Assembly (NCBI GenBank): GCA_017509565.1
Contig: JAFWPM010000057.1
Span: 1 to 63,469 of the forward strand
Direction of reading: 5' to 3'
DNA: 63,469 bases
DNA from: Kiritimatiellia bacterium
GTDB lineage: Bacteria; Verrucomicrobiota; Kiritimatiellia; RFP12; JAAYLN01
This document shows positions 53,521-62,900 of this stretch, piece after piece. The position numbers and the translations under genes were made by a program. A model generated the notes under the pieces. The model did not search any database. It was not told where the DNA came from and saw nothing but the letters and a program-made list of their open reading frames with translations. Positions within the stretch are counted from its first letter, which is position 1. The number at the start of each line of letters is the position of its first letter.

Positions 53521-54291
53521 CTAGCGCTTCTCGGCCCGGACGATTACTGGGGAGCCGCAGAGGGCGGTCATGCCCGTTGCGCGGAGAATCCCTTCGAGCA
53601 TCGCCGAGACGGCCGCGCACTTCAGGGCGCGGTGGAGGGCCATCGGCAGCGCGAACTGCCCGCGGCGCGCGGCGATGCGCGCCCCGGCGGCCTCGAACGC
53701 GGACGCGACCTCGCGGTGGCGGAAGAGGCGCCAGTGGCGCGTGTTGCGTTCGAGTTTCTTCTTTGCCGCAAAGAACACCGGGGCAATCGCGTTGACGCTT
53801 TGGCTTGTCGGGTAGTCCACGATGACGGGGCCGCGCGAAACGCGGCACAGTTCGCCGACGAGCGTCTCCCACGCGCCGCAGTGCGTCAGCAGCCGGAAGC
53901 AGATGACGGCGTCGAAGCTCTTGTCGGGGAATGGGAGTTTTGTGACGTCGCCGACGACGAATTTGGCGCGCCCGGCGGATGTCAGGTCCCTGATCCTGTG
54001 CTCGCAGCTTTTCGCGCTGGACAGGACGGTCACGTCCCAGCCGTCGTCCGCCAGCGGGTGCGCGAGCTGGCCGTGGCCCCCGCCGACGTCCAGGAGCGTC
54101 CCTTTCGGGATGCCGGCGAGCAGGCGGCGCGTGATGCGCGTCTGGACGTCCAGCATCCATGCCCCCGTTTTGCCGCGGAAGCGGGTCGCGTAGTCGTCGT
54201 TGGAGGTTTCGATGTCGGCGGTTTCGGGGAATGGGGACCAGGTGTCGCCGGTGTCCCTGGAGTGGTCGGGATTGGTCTGCTTGTCGTTCAT
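53521..54291 (-). CDS. Class I SAM-dependent methyltransferase
   Basis: Contains LLDVGGGHGQLAHPLADDGWDVTVL (motif I). ATG 54291 lies 1 nt after the upstream stop. Confidence 0.75.
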   Translation of the reverse strand: MNDKQTNPDHSRDTGDTWSPFPETADIETSNDDYATRFRGKTGAWMLDVQTRITRRLLAGIPKGTLLDVGGGHGQLAHPLADDGWDVTVLSSAKSCEHRIRDLTSAGRAKFVVGDVTKLPFPDKSFDAVICFRLLTHCGAWETLVGELCRVSRGPVIVDYPTSQSVNAIAPVFFAAKKKLERNTRHWRLFRHREVASAFEAAGARIAARRGQFALPMALHRALKCAAVSAMLEGILRATGMTALCGSPVIVRAEKR

Positions 54292-54292
54292 G

Positions 54293-55744
54293 TCAGTGAA
54301 AGTCCTTGAGATGGCCGAATAGCGAAAGGATGCCGCGCATGTAGAAGCGGGCGTCTTCAAGCGGGTGGCGCGTGTGGAGCAGGCGGTTCCAAAGCGCGAG
54401 GGGGTGCATGAAGCTCCCGTAGATGCGGCGTATGGCCCTGCGGATGTCTTCCTCGGGGACCTCGGTCTTCATGATTTGGCGGCGCATGTCGTAGTCGTCC
54501 CAGTTCTCGGTGAGCAGCAGGCCCTTTTCGCGGCATTCGCGGAAGAGCGGCGTCCCGGGGTAGGGGATGATCATCGTCGCCTGGAGGGTGTAGGCCCAAC
54601 CGCGCTTCATGAGGTCGCGCGCGAGTGCGACAGTGCGGTCGATTTCGACGGCGTTTTCCCACGGGTAACCTAGCATGACCGTGACATGGACGTCGAGGCC
54701 GGCCTCTGAGGCGAGTCGCGCGCCTTCGCGGATGTCTTCAACGCGCAGATTCTTGTTCACGAGATCGAGCGTCGCCTGGTTCGCCGATTCAAGGCCGAAC
54801 AGGACGAACCGGAACCCCGCCTTCTTCATCAGCGCGTAGTCCTCGCGGGAGAGGGCGCCGAAGCGCATGTTGCAGTCGAAGTAGATTCTTTTCGCATAGC
54901 CGCGCCCGATCATCAGGTTGCAGAAGCGGCGGAGCCAGTCTCCGGCCGGGAAGCAACCGGTGTCGTCCATCACCTCGCGGACGCCGTAGCGCTCTATCAG
55001 CTCCCCGATTTCGTCGACGACCGATTCCGGGGTCCGGGTCCTGTAGCTGGGGTACAGGGTCGTCCAGGAGCAGAAGGTGCAGCGGCCGTGCCAGCAGTCG
55101 CGGCCGGCCATGACGTATGTGCCCGGGGTGCGGCGGTAGTTGCCGTTGCGGACGCTGTAGAGGCGCCACTGCGTGAGGTCGCGGTCGATGCGCGGCAGCG
55201 AATTCAGGTCGTGGTTGAGTTCGAATATCCCCGTCGTGAGGATTTCGCCGTTCGGGCCGCGGTGCCAGATTCCGGGTTCGAGGGGTATGGCGTTGTCCTC
55301 GATGTGCGCTGCGAGGTTGACGAGCAGGAAGTCGTAGTCGCCGCCGGTGAGGATGTAGTCCGCCCTTGAGTTCTCCATTGATTCGCGCGGCAGGGCCGTG
55401 GGGTGGTCCCCGCAGAGGGCGATTCTCACGGAGGGCATTGAGCGCTTGATTGTTTCGATCCAGTCCCACGTGGCGTGGACGACGGGTGTCTTGGTTTCAA
55501 GCAGGATCAGATCAGGCGCCGAGTCTGCGAGTTTTGCAAGGAAGTCCCCGTCCTTCATGCCGGAGGCGATTCCGTCCAGCCAGAATACATTGTGTCCGGC
55601 GTCGCGCGCCATGGTGGCGGCGTAGGCGGGGACGACGGGGTAGATGAACGTCGGGCGCGCGAACCACTGGAACTGGCGGTTTTGCGAGAGCAGGGGGACG
55701 CCCTTGGGGGAGATGATTGGCGGATATGCGATTGCGATTTTCAT
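54293..55744 (-). CDS. B12-binding-domain radical SAM protein
   Basis: N-terminal Rossmann-like B12-binding region (LILLETKTPV...IALCGDHPT). Cluster motif GRDCWHGRCTFCS. Radical SAM core includes RFVLFGLESA. Confidence 0.8.
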   Translation of the reverse strand: MKIAIAYPPIISPKGVPLLSQNRQFQWFARPTFIYPVVPAYAATMARDAGHNVFWLDGIASGMKDGDFLAKLADSAPDLILLETKTPVVHATWDWIETIKRSMPSVRIALCGDHPTALPRESMENSRADYILTGGDYDFLLVNLAAHIEDNAIPLEPGIWHRGPNGEILTTGIFELNHDLNSLPRIDRDLTQWRLYSVRNGNYRRTPGTYVMAGRDCWHGRCTFCSWTTLYPSYRTRTPESVVDEIGELIERYGVREVMDDTGCFPAGDWLRRFCNLMIGRGYAKRIYFDCNMRFGALSREDYALMKKAGFRFVLFGLESANQATLDLVNKNLRVEDIREGARLASEAGLDVHVTVMLGYPWENAVEIDRTVALARDLMKRGWAYTLQATMIIPYPGTPLFRECREKGLLLTENWDDYDMRRQIMKTEVPEEDIRRAIRRIYGSFMHPLALWNRLLHTRHPLEDARFYMRGILSLFGHLKDFH

Positions 55745-55768
55745 GGGGCGTGGTTGCGGCGTGTATGA

Positions 55769-56533
55769 TCACAGGGACAGGTCCGATATCGCGAAGACGG
55801 GGCCTTCGCGGCAGACGCGGGCGGGCCCGGAGCGGGTTTGGATGGTGCACCCCATGCAGGCGCCGAATCCGCAGCCCATGCGAGCCTCCAGGCTCAGCTG
55901 CCCGTCGGCTATCCCGGGCAAGGCCGCCAGGGCCTTCAGCATGGGCATTGGCCCGCACGCGAAGATGTAGGCCGGCTGTGCGCCGGAGGCGCCGCCAGCG
56001 CCAATCGCCCCGATGGCGTCGGTCACGAAACCGCGAATCCCGGCCGACCCGTCCTCCGTGGCGATGGCGGTATGGCCGCCCGTCGCCCTGAATTCATCCG
56101 CGAAGAAGATGTCGCCAGCGTTGCGGAAGCCCAGGGCGATGGAGAATTCGCGCCCCCCGGCGGCGAGGGACTTGGCAAGCGCGTAGAGCGGGGCTACGCC
56201 TATGCCGCCGCCGGCGAGGACGATTCTGGAGCCGGGCGGCGCTGCGGAGGCGTCGAAGCCGTTGCCAAGCGGGAGGATGACGTCCAGCCGCGTCCCCGGC
56301 GCGGCGGATTCCAGCCATGCGGTGCCGGCGCCGACGGTCCTGACAAGAATCGTCAGCGTGCCCGCGCCCCAGTCGGCAATCGAGATCGGGCGGCGCAGGA
56401 ACTTGCCCGGCACAGCGATTTCAACGAACTGCCCCGGGCGCTGGATGCCCGAGGTGTCGCCGTCAAGTTTTAGCTCGAATACGCCCGGGGCGAGGTGGCG
56501 CGTCATCGCGATTGTGAAAAATGTGTCCTTCAT
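55769..56533 (-). CDS. pyrK: PyrK-type FAD/[2Fe-2S] electron-transfer subunit (dihydroorotate dehydrogenase B family partner)
   Basis: Contains RRPISIAD, GGGIGVAPL and C-terminal ACGPMPML...GCGFGACMGCTIQT...RVCREGPVF. ATG 56533 forms an ATGA overlap with the pyrC stop. Confidence 0.7.
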   Translation of the reverse strand: MKDTFFTIAMTRHLAPGVFELKLDGDTSGIQRPGQFVEIAVPGKFLRRPISIADWGAGTLTILVRTVGAGTAWLESAAPGTRLDVILPLGNGFDASAAPPGSRIVLAGGGIGVAPLYALAKSLAAGGREFSIALGFRNAGDIFFADEFRATGGHTAIATEDGSAGIRGFVTDAIGAIGAGGASGAQPAYIFACGPMPMLKALAALPGIADGQLSLEARMGCGFGACMGCTIQTRSGPARVCREGPVFAISDLSL

Positions 56534-57840
56534 TGCTTCGTAAATGGCGACCTGACGCCTATTGATGCGAGATTGTCGAATGCCGGGCGCCCGTCGATGA
56601 GCGTCAGCGCTATGCGCGCGGCGACGGCCCATCCGGCGAAAGGCGTCGCGCGGCCCTTTGACTGGAACTTCCCGGGGTCCACAATGTCGTCCACCCCGAC
56701 TGCGACGAAAACGGCGTTCGCGCCGGAGCCGGCGGACAGCCCGGCGGACGGGAGCCCGAAGATGCCCCTTGGGCGCGTGGACATCCTGTCCGCCAGCTGG
56801 GCCCAGGAGAGGATGCCGCGCTTGACGAGGATCGTCGCGCAGAGCGGAAGCGAGGTTTCCAGGCCGACGATGCCGAAGGCGCTTCCCGCGAGGCCGCGGC
56901 CCTTCTCGTCAAGCGAATGCGGCGCATGGTCTGTCGCGATGCAGTCGATGGTGCCGTCGGCTATCCCCTCAAGCAGGGCGTCGCGGTCGGCGGCGCCGCG
57001 AACGGGCGGGTTCATCTTGAACCGCCCCTCGTCCGCCAGGTCGCCGTCGCTGAGTATCAGGTAGTGGGGGGCTGTCTCGCAAGTTACCGGCAGGCCGTCG
57101 CGCTTCGCGGCCCGGACCAGCGCCACGCTTTCCTTCGTGGACACATGGCAGACATGGTACCGGACGCCGGTGTCCCGGACGATGCCGAGGTCGCGTTCGA
57201 CCATCTTCCATTCGCTTGAGGATGGTATCCCGGTGAGCCTGTGCGCCCTGGCGAAGGCTCCGTCGTGCACGCACCCGCCGCGGGGGACAAGCGGTTCGAC
57301 CTCGCAGTGCGCGGCGAGCGGCTTGCCTGTCTCGCGGACCGCCGCGAATGCCTCGCGGGCGATGCCTTCGTCCTGGAGCCCCTTGCCGTCGTCCGAGAAG
57401 GCGACGACGTATGGCGCGAGGGCCGCCATGTCCGCGAGTTCGCGCCCGGCCTCGCCTTTGGTGATGGCGCCGTATGGGTGGACGCGGATTCGCGCGGAGG
57501 ACGCCATTGCGTCCAGCTGCGGCCGGAGGGTTTCGGGGGAATCCGGCACCGGGCGGAGATTGGGCATGGCGCAGACGTCGGTGAAGCCGCCGGCCGCCGC
57601 GGCCGCCGTGCCGGTCGCGATCGTCTCCTTGTATTCGAACCCCGGCTCGCGCAGGTGGACGTGTACATCGGCAGGGGCCGGCAGCGCCAGCACCTTGAAC
57701 GGCGAAGCGGAAAAGTCTATCTCGGCGCCGCCGACGCATGTGGCGGCAATGCGTCCATCCCGGATGCAAAGACTGCAGCGGCCCCCCATGGCGTCCAATG
57801 CGCCTGAAACTCGAATATTGCCAGAATCCATGCCAGACAT
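56530..57840 (-). CDS. pyrC: Dihydroorotase
   Basis: Contains ADVHVHLREPG, MPN, HCE, HVCHVST and ATDHAPH. The start is ambiguous (ATG at 57840, 57831 or the track's 57906). Confidence 0.8.
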   Translation of the reverse strand: MSGMDSGNIRVSGALDAMGGRCSLCIRDGRIAATCVGGAEIDFSASPFKVLALPAPADVHVHLREPGFEYKETIATGTAAAAAGGFTDVCAMPNLRPVPDSPETLRPQLDAMASSARIRVHPYGAITKGEAGRELADMAALAPYVVAFSDDGKGLQDEGIAREAFAAVRETGKPLAAHCEVEPLVPRGGCVHDGAFARAHRLTGIPSSSEWKMVERDLGIVRDTGVRYHVCHVSTKESVALVRAAKRDGLPVTCETAPHYLILSDGDLADEGRFKMNPPVRGAADRDALLEGIADGTIDCIATDHAPHSLDEKGRGLAGSAFGIVGLETSLPLCATILVKRGILSWAQLADRMSTRPRGIFGLPSAGLSAGSGANAVFVAVGVDDIVDPGKFQSKGRATPFAGWAVAARIALTLIDGRPAFDNLASIGVRSPFTKQ

Positions 57841-57921
57841 TCTACCAAAACGCCATGTTTGCGGCAATGGCGCGGTTTTGGTAGAATAGTAGCAACTTTT
57901 AGACATTATCGGGGTCTCTTA

Positions 57922-58152
57922 ATGAATATCGAACTTATCAAGCAGGGTGTCGTCCTCCTTGTCGCCGGAATGGGCATTGTCTATATCTTCCTTGCCATTC
58001 TCGTGCTTGTGACGACCATCGCGTCAAAGGTCATACCGCATTTCGCCTACCTCCTCCCCGAAGAGGCCCCAAAGAAGAAGCCGGCGCCCAGGGCGGACTC
58101 CGACGACACCGCCATAGCCCTCGCAATCGCTGTCGCCCGCGCCAGGGCGTAG
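57922..58152 (+). CDS. OadG-like sodium-pump decarboxylase gamma subunit (small membrane protein)
   Basis: 76 aa. N-terminal TM segment GVVLLVAGMGIVYIFLAILVLV, a basic/Pro linker and C-terminal AIALAIAVARARA. ATG 57922. Confidence 0.55.
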   Translation: MNIELIKQGVVLLVAGMGIVYIFLAILVLVTTIASKVIPHFAYLLPEEAPKKKPAPRADSDDTAIALAIAVARARA

Positions 58153-58227
58153 CGGCCCCCCGCTTCGGCGCCCCGCGGTCACGCCAGGCCGGACCACCCA
58201 GGCTCACGGCACCTCCACGAAGCATCC

Positions 58228-59487
58228 ATGTGGCAGGAACCCAGCATCCGGAGACCATGCATGGCGCCGCGGCAGCACACGGCATTGCTCTACCTGAATT
58301 TTATAGCCGACGAGGAAAAGCACCGGCGCAAGCTGGCAGGCATAGTCCGCTACGCCAGGGCCCGCGGCTTTGGCGTTGCGGCCGTCCCGCTGTCAAGGTG
58401 CGCCCCGCAATCCTTCCCGGCTTTGCTGGCGCGCATTAATCCCGCAGGCTGCATTGTCGAGGGGTCGGAGTTGCACATTCGCGACGTTCCGCTTTCGCTT
58501 TTCGGCAAAATCCCGTTTGTTGTCCTGGATCCGGCCATCCGGCTCTCTGACTGTCGCGCGCTCGAAGCCGTCGTGTGCGACAACGGGGCCGTCGGCTCCG
58601 CGGCTTTCCGTGAACTTTCCGCCAATGCTCCCGCCTGCTTCGCGGCGGTCCCGAGCGGCTCCCTCGCGCCGTGGAGCGCCGAGCGCCTGGAAACCTTTAA
58701 GGCCCACTGCGCCTCAATCGGAGAAAAATGCCTGGTTTTTCCTGGAAGATGCAACGAGGACCCAGGTCGCCGCGTGGCCAGGCTTGCCGATTGGCTTGGG
58801 GGGCTCCCGCGCCATTCCGCGATTTTCGCGGCCAACGACTGGACTGCCTCGCATGTCGTCTCGGCGGCCGCCGCAATTGGGCTGCACATCCCGAAGGACA
58901 TAACGCTCGTAGGGGTGGACGGCATGCCCGAAACTGCCGACGACGCCGCCCCGCTGCGGGTTTCGACAATCCAGCTCGATTTCGAACTGGCCGGGTATCT
59001 GGCCGCTAAAAGTCTTGTCGGACTTCTTGCCGCAGGCGGCGCGGGGAAGGACGCGGCCGCCGGGGCTTCCGCGCAGGCCAGGGACGGGAAGGAAAAAGTC
59101 CGGTACGCATTCGGGCCCCTCTTTGTCATGCGCAAGGAATCGACGCGCGGCTACGGGCGCAGCGAGCCGCGCATCCTCCAGGCCGTTGAGACGATACGCC
59201 GCGAAGCCTGCGACGGGTTGACTGCCGCGGCCCTCGCCGCGCGGTTCCCCGGTTCCCGAAAACATTTCGAACGGCGCTTCCGCGAGGCGATGGGGCATTC
59301 GATCCTTGATGAAATCATCCACGTGAGGCTGGAGCGCGTCAAGGAAATGCTCGCGAATACCGAAAAGTCCATTTCCGCCATTACAGACTTCTGCGGTTTT
59401 TCCACGGAGCGAGAACTCCAGAAACTTTTCAAAGGCCGCATAGGCATGTCCATGCGGCAATGGCGCACTAACCACGGCAAGTCGTAA
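58228..59487 (+). CDS. XylR-like transcription regulator (PBP-like sensor + AraC HTH), paralogue of 36197..37405
   Basis: C-terminus reads HFERRFREAMGHSILDEI...GFSTERELQKLFKGRIGMSMRQWR. An alternative ATG lies at 58261. Confidence 0.8.
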   Translation: MWQEPSIRRPCMAPRQHTALLYLNFIADEEKHRRKLAGIVRYARARGFGVAAVPLSRCAPQSFPALLARINPAGCIVEGSELHIRDVPLSLFGKIPFVVLDPAIRLSDCRALEAVVCDNGAVGSAAFRELSANAPACFAAVPSGSLAPWSAERLETFKAHCASIGEKCLVFPGRCNEDPGRRVARLADWLGGLPRHSAIFAANDWTASHVVSAAAAIGLHIPKDITLVGVDGMPETADDAAPLRVSTIQLDFELAGYLAAKSLVGLLAAGGAGKDAAAGASAQARDGKEKVRYAFGPLFVMRKESTRGYGRSEPRILQAVETIRREACDGLTAAALAARFPGSRKHFERRFREAMGHSILDEIIHVRLERVKEMLANTEKSISAITDFCGFSTERELQKLFKGRIGMSMRQWRTNHGKS

Positions 59488-59701
59488 AGGCCGAAGCGCC
59501 CCTTCGCCTATAACATACATGCACTGGCGTCCCACAAGTGTTTTAACGCACGGGCGCAGCGGCGCGGGGAATAAGAATACTGACGCCACTTCCCAATATC
59601 CTGCATGGAATGGTTGCATGACTTTTGCAAACAATGCCAGAAACCTCTGCTCCTGTGCGCCTATGCGTTGATCATTACAAGGGGTGACGACAACAACCTA
59701 A

Positions 59702-59791
59702 TATAAGAAGGGTGTCTCCCTTAACATTGTTGACAGCTGGCGGGAACCTATAAGAAGGGTGTCTCCCTTAAAATTGTTGACAACCGGCGGG
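59702..59791 (+). repeat. Two tandem 47-bp direct repeats, each with an AAGGG-TGTCT-CCCTT hairpin and a TTGACA box
   Basis: TATAAGAAGGGTGTCTCCCTTAA(C/A)ATTGTTGACA(G/A)C(T/C)GGCGGG occurs at 59702-59744 and 59749-59791. TTGACA boxes are at 59730-59735 and 59777-59782. Confidence 0.85.
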
Positions 59792-59913
59792 CCGGGAGGC
59801 TTTAGATCAAAATAGTTGCTCCAAAAGTTCGCATTGCGCATTGCCTTTTCCTGTATAATGTGCGGTGCAGTCAGAGATGTCTGCTACAAAAAAACGCAAA
59901 AGGGAGTACCCAA

Positions 59914-62900
59914 ATGAACGTAACACGCAGATTCTTCAACGGCGCCGCGGCGCTTGGCGCGGCAGTGGCGCTTGCAACCGGTACCTGTTTTGCCGGCCTG
60001 CTCTACGAACCCTCGAACTACGCCGCGCGCGACGCGCTGCTCCTCCAGCTCGACGGCATCCGCAACGTCGGCATGCTGAAGGCCCACGACAACGCGTCGG
60101 CCACGTGGGTTGATCTCGCGACGGGCAACAGCGTCAGTTTCGGGAATGCGACCGGCAACGGCGTGGTCAGCGAATGGGCCGACGACGGATACGTCTTCGG
60201 CGGCGGCGAAATCGGCCGGCTCGCCGATGCCGTCACGCTGGGCAACGCCTTCACGATCCAGCTCGTCTTCGACGTTGACAAGTCGGCGCAGACCGCGAAC
60301 TATCCCTTCTTCTTCGACTGCGGCGGCGACAACTGCGGGTTTTACACGTACAAGGGCGACAACAACCAGCTCATCTTCCGGGTCAAAGCCGTCAGCGGCG
60401 TGAGCGACGTCAGCATCAAACCCTGGACGGGCCGGCACTACTACGCGACGGCGCTCTACGACCAGGGCAAGTCCTCGGTGTTCGAAACGGAGACCGGGAC
60501 GGTGACGGCCGGCACCACGACGACCTCGGTTGGCGCGCGCTCGTTCACGGTCGGCGGCCGCTGGACGGGCACCGCTACAGACACGGCCCGCTACCTCAAC
60601 GGCACGATCAAGGCCGTGCGCATCTACGACAAGGTGCTTTCGACGTCCGAACTCTCTCAGAACCGCGAACTTGATGACGCACGCTTCTTCAATGGCATTC
60701 CCGTGACGAACGTCGTCATCGAGACCGCCGTCGAGGGGCTCGAAGGCAACGAGCCGACTGGCGTCTACGCCTACGACGAGGCCGGCTACACCTTCTCCGC
60801 GCCGAAGAAGGCGACGTTGGGCGGACAGAACTACGTCTGCACCGGCTACACCCGCGAAATCTGGGATGGCGCGAACTGGGGCGCGGCGGCGACCTTCACG
60901 GCCACTTCGTGCGTTTTGAAGGACACCTCGGACAAGGTCCGCATCACCTGGCAGTGGCGGGAGGACGACACCGTCGCCCCCGCCGGCGAAGCCTACATCG
61001 AGGGCGACGGCTCGGCATTCGTCAACACCGGCGTCGTGCCCGCCCCAGACCTGCGGGTCGAAGTCGATTACGCCCTGACCTCCATCGTCAATGACACCAA
61101 ACTCTTCGGCGCCTACACGGGTTCCGGGCAAAACGCCGAATACTACGTCAACACCTCCGGCGGCTATTCGTTCCACGTCGGGCAGGGATGGGTCGGCGGG
61201 ACCTATCTTGCGATGCCGGACCTGAACCGGCATACGGTCGTCATGGACATCCCGGAGGGGGAGGTCCGTTACGTCACCGGTGCCGAAACGGTCGCAACCG
61301 TGGCGATGAAGGCGAAGCCCGGCCTTGCCGCCGCTGGAATCGTTCCGATCGGTCTCTTCGGACGAATCTCGAACGCAAGCGGCGCCGTAAAAGAGGGCAA
61401 CAGCGCCACGCTGCGCATCTACGGCGCGAAGTTCTACAAGGGCGGCGCGCTCGTGAAAAACCTCGTCCCCTGCGTGAAGGGCGGCGTCGCCGGCTTCCGC
61501 GACACCATGAGCGGCGCATTCCACTCCGCCGAGTTCAACGTCGCCAGTCTCACGGCCGGCGGCGACGTCGAGCGCATTCCCGACGACGGTTTCATCGAAC
61601 TCGCCGGCAACGACCAGACCCTGGCGGATGGCGCGAAGGGCGGACACTTCTTCGACACGGGCTACACCCCCGGCCCGAACACCCGCATCGAATTCGACTA
61701 CGCCCTGGCGGCGAACCGCTCCGGGAGCGGCGACTGGTTCCTCCTTCAGGCGGGCAACAGCACCGAGACGGTGGCTCTTTATCAAAATGCAAACGCAATG
61801 GGCGCCTGCCTCGGCACGGCCATGTGGAAGGGCGTCGGGCTGCCGTCGCAGGCCAATGCCGCGCTCGTGCGCCGCACCGCGATCTTCGATTCGCAGAACA
61901 AGGCCGTCACGATGATGACTGCGGGCTATGCCAACTATGCCAACACGAACGACGTGTTCACGGCTTTTTCGGCGAATGCCGCGTCGTCCATCGTCCTCGG
62001 CGCGACCGCCGGCAAGGGCGGCGGCTACACCCCGCTGCGCATCTACGGCCTCCGGATCTACGAATCCGGGTCGCTCGTCCGCGACTATGTCCCGTATGTG
62101 AAGAACGGCGCTCCCGGGATGAAATACGGCGACACGTTTGTCAGGCTGTATTGGGACGCGGCCAATGGCAAGAACGGTTTCCCGGTGGCGGGCGGCGACG
62201 TCACGGTATCGTCCGACCGCGACAAGGACGCCTACGCGCTTTTCTCCGGCGCGCAGCGCGTCGACACCGGCTACGTCCCGAATGGCAAGACCAGGCTCGT
62301 CGTCGATTTTGCCTTCGCCAACGGCTACAACAAGCCGCAGCAGGAACTCTTCGACGCGGGCAGCGGACTGTTCTGCCGCCTCTACACGCAGGACAGCAGC
62401 GGCGTCAACGGAAAATACTCGATCATCTTCAACAAGGGCTGGACGGTTGCTCATTCCGGGATTCCGGTGGATCACCAGCGCCGGCTGGTCGTCTTCGACG
62501 GCCCCAATGCGACGATGACCATGACGCCCGGAGCGACGGACGGCTCCACCTACTCCAGTTCCAGCGTGTCGGCTTCCGGCGCGACGAGCGCCAATACGCT
62601 CGTCTTCGGCTCGCTTGCCGTGCCGGACGTGAACAACGGATACATGTACGCCAAGGCGCGCCTTTACCGCCTCACAATCTACGATGACGGCCAGAAGGTC
62701 CGCGACTACGTGCCGGTCGTCGTGGATGGCGTCGCGGGGCTCTACGACCTCGTCCATCCCGAGAACGAGCCGCTGACGGCGGATGGCTTGACGGTCTCCG
62801 GGCTTGGTCACGACGGCACGGAGGAATGGATCGCCACCCCGGCGGCCGAGACCACGCTCACCCGCGACGAGTCGGCGACCTTCACGGCCCGCGCCGTCGG

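Noticed and set aside
59702-59791. Possible CRISPR array.
   Set aside because: There are only two repeat units separated by 4 nt, with no spacers and no cas genes in the window.
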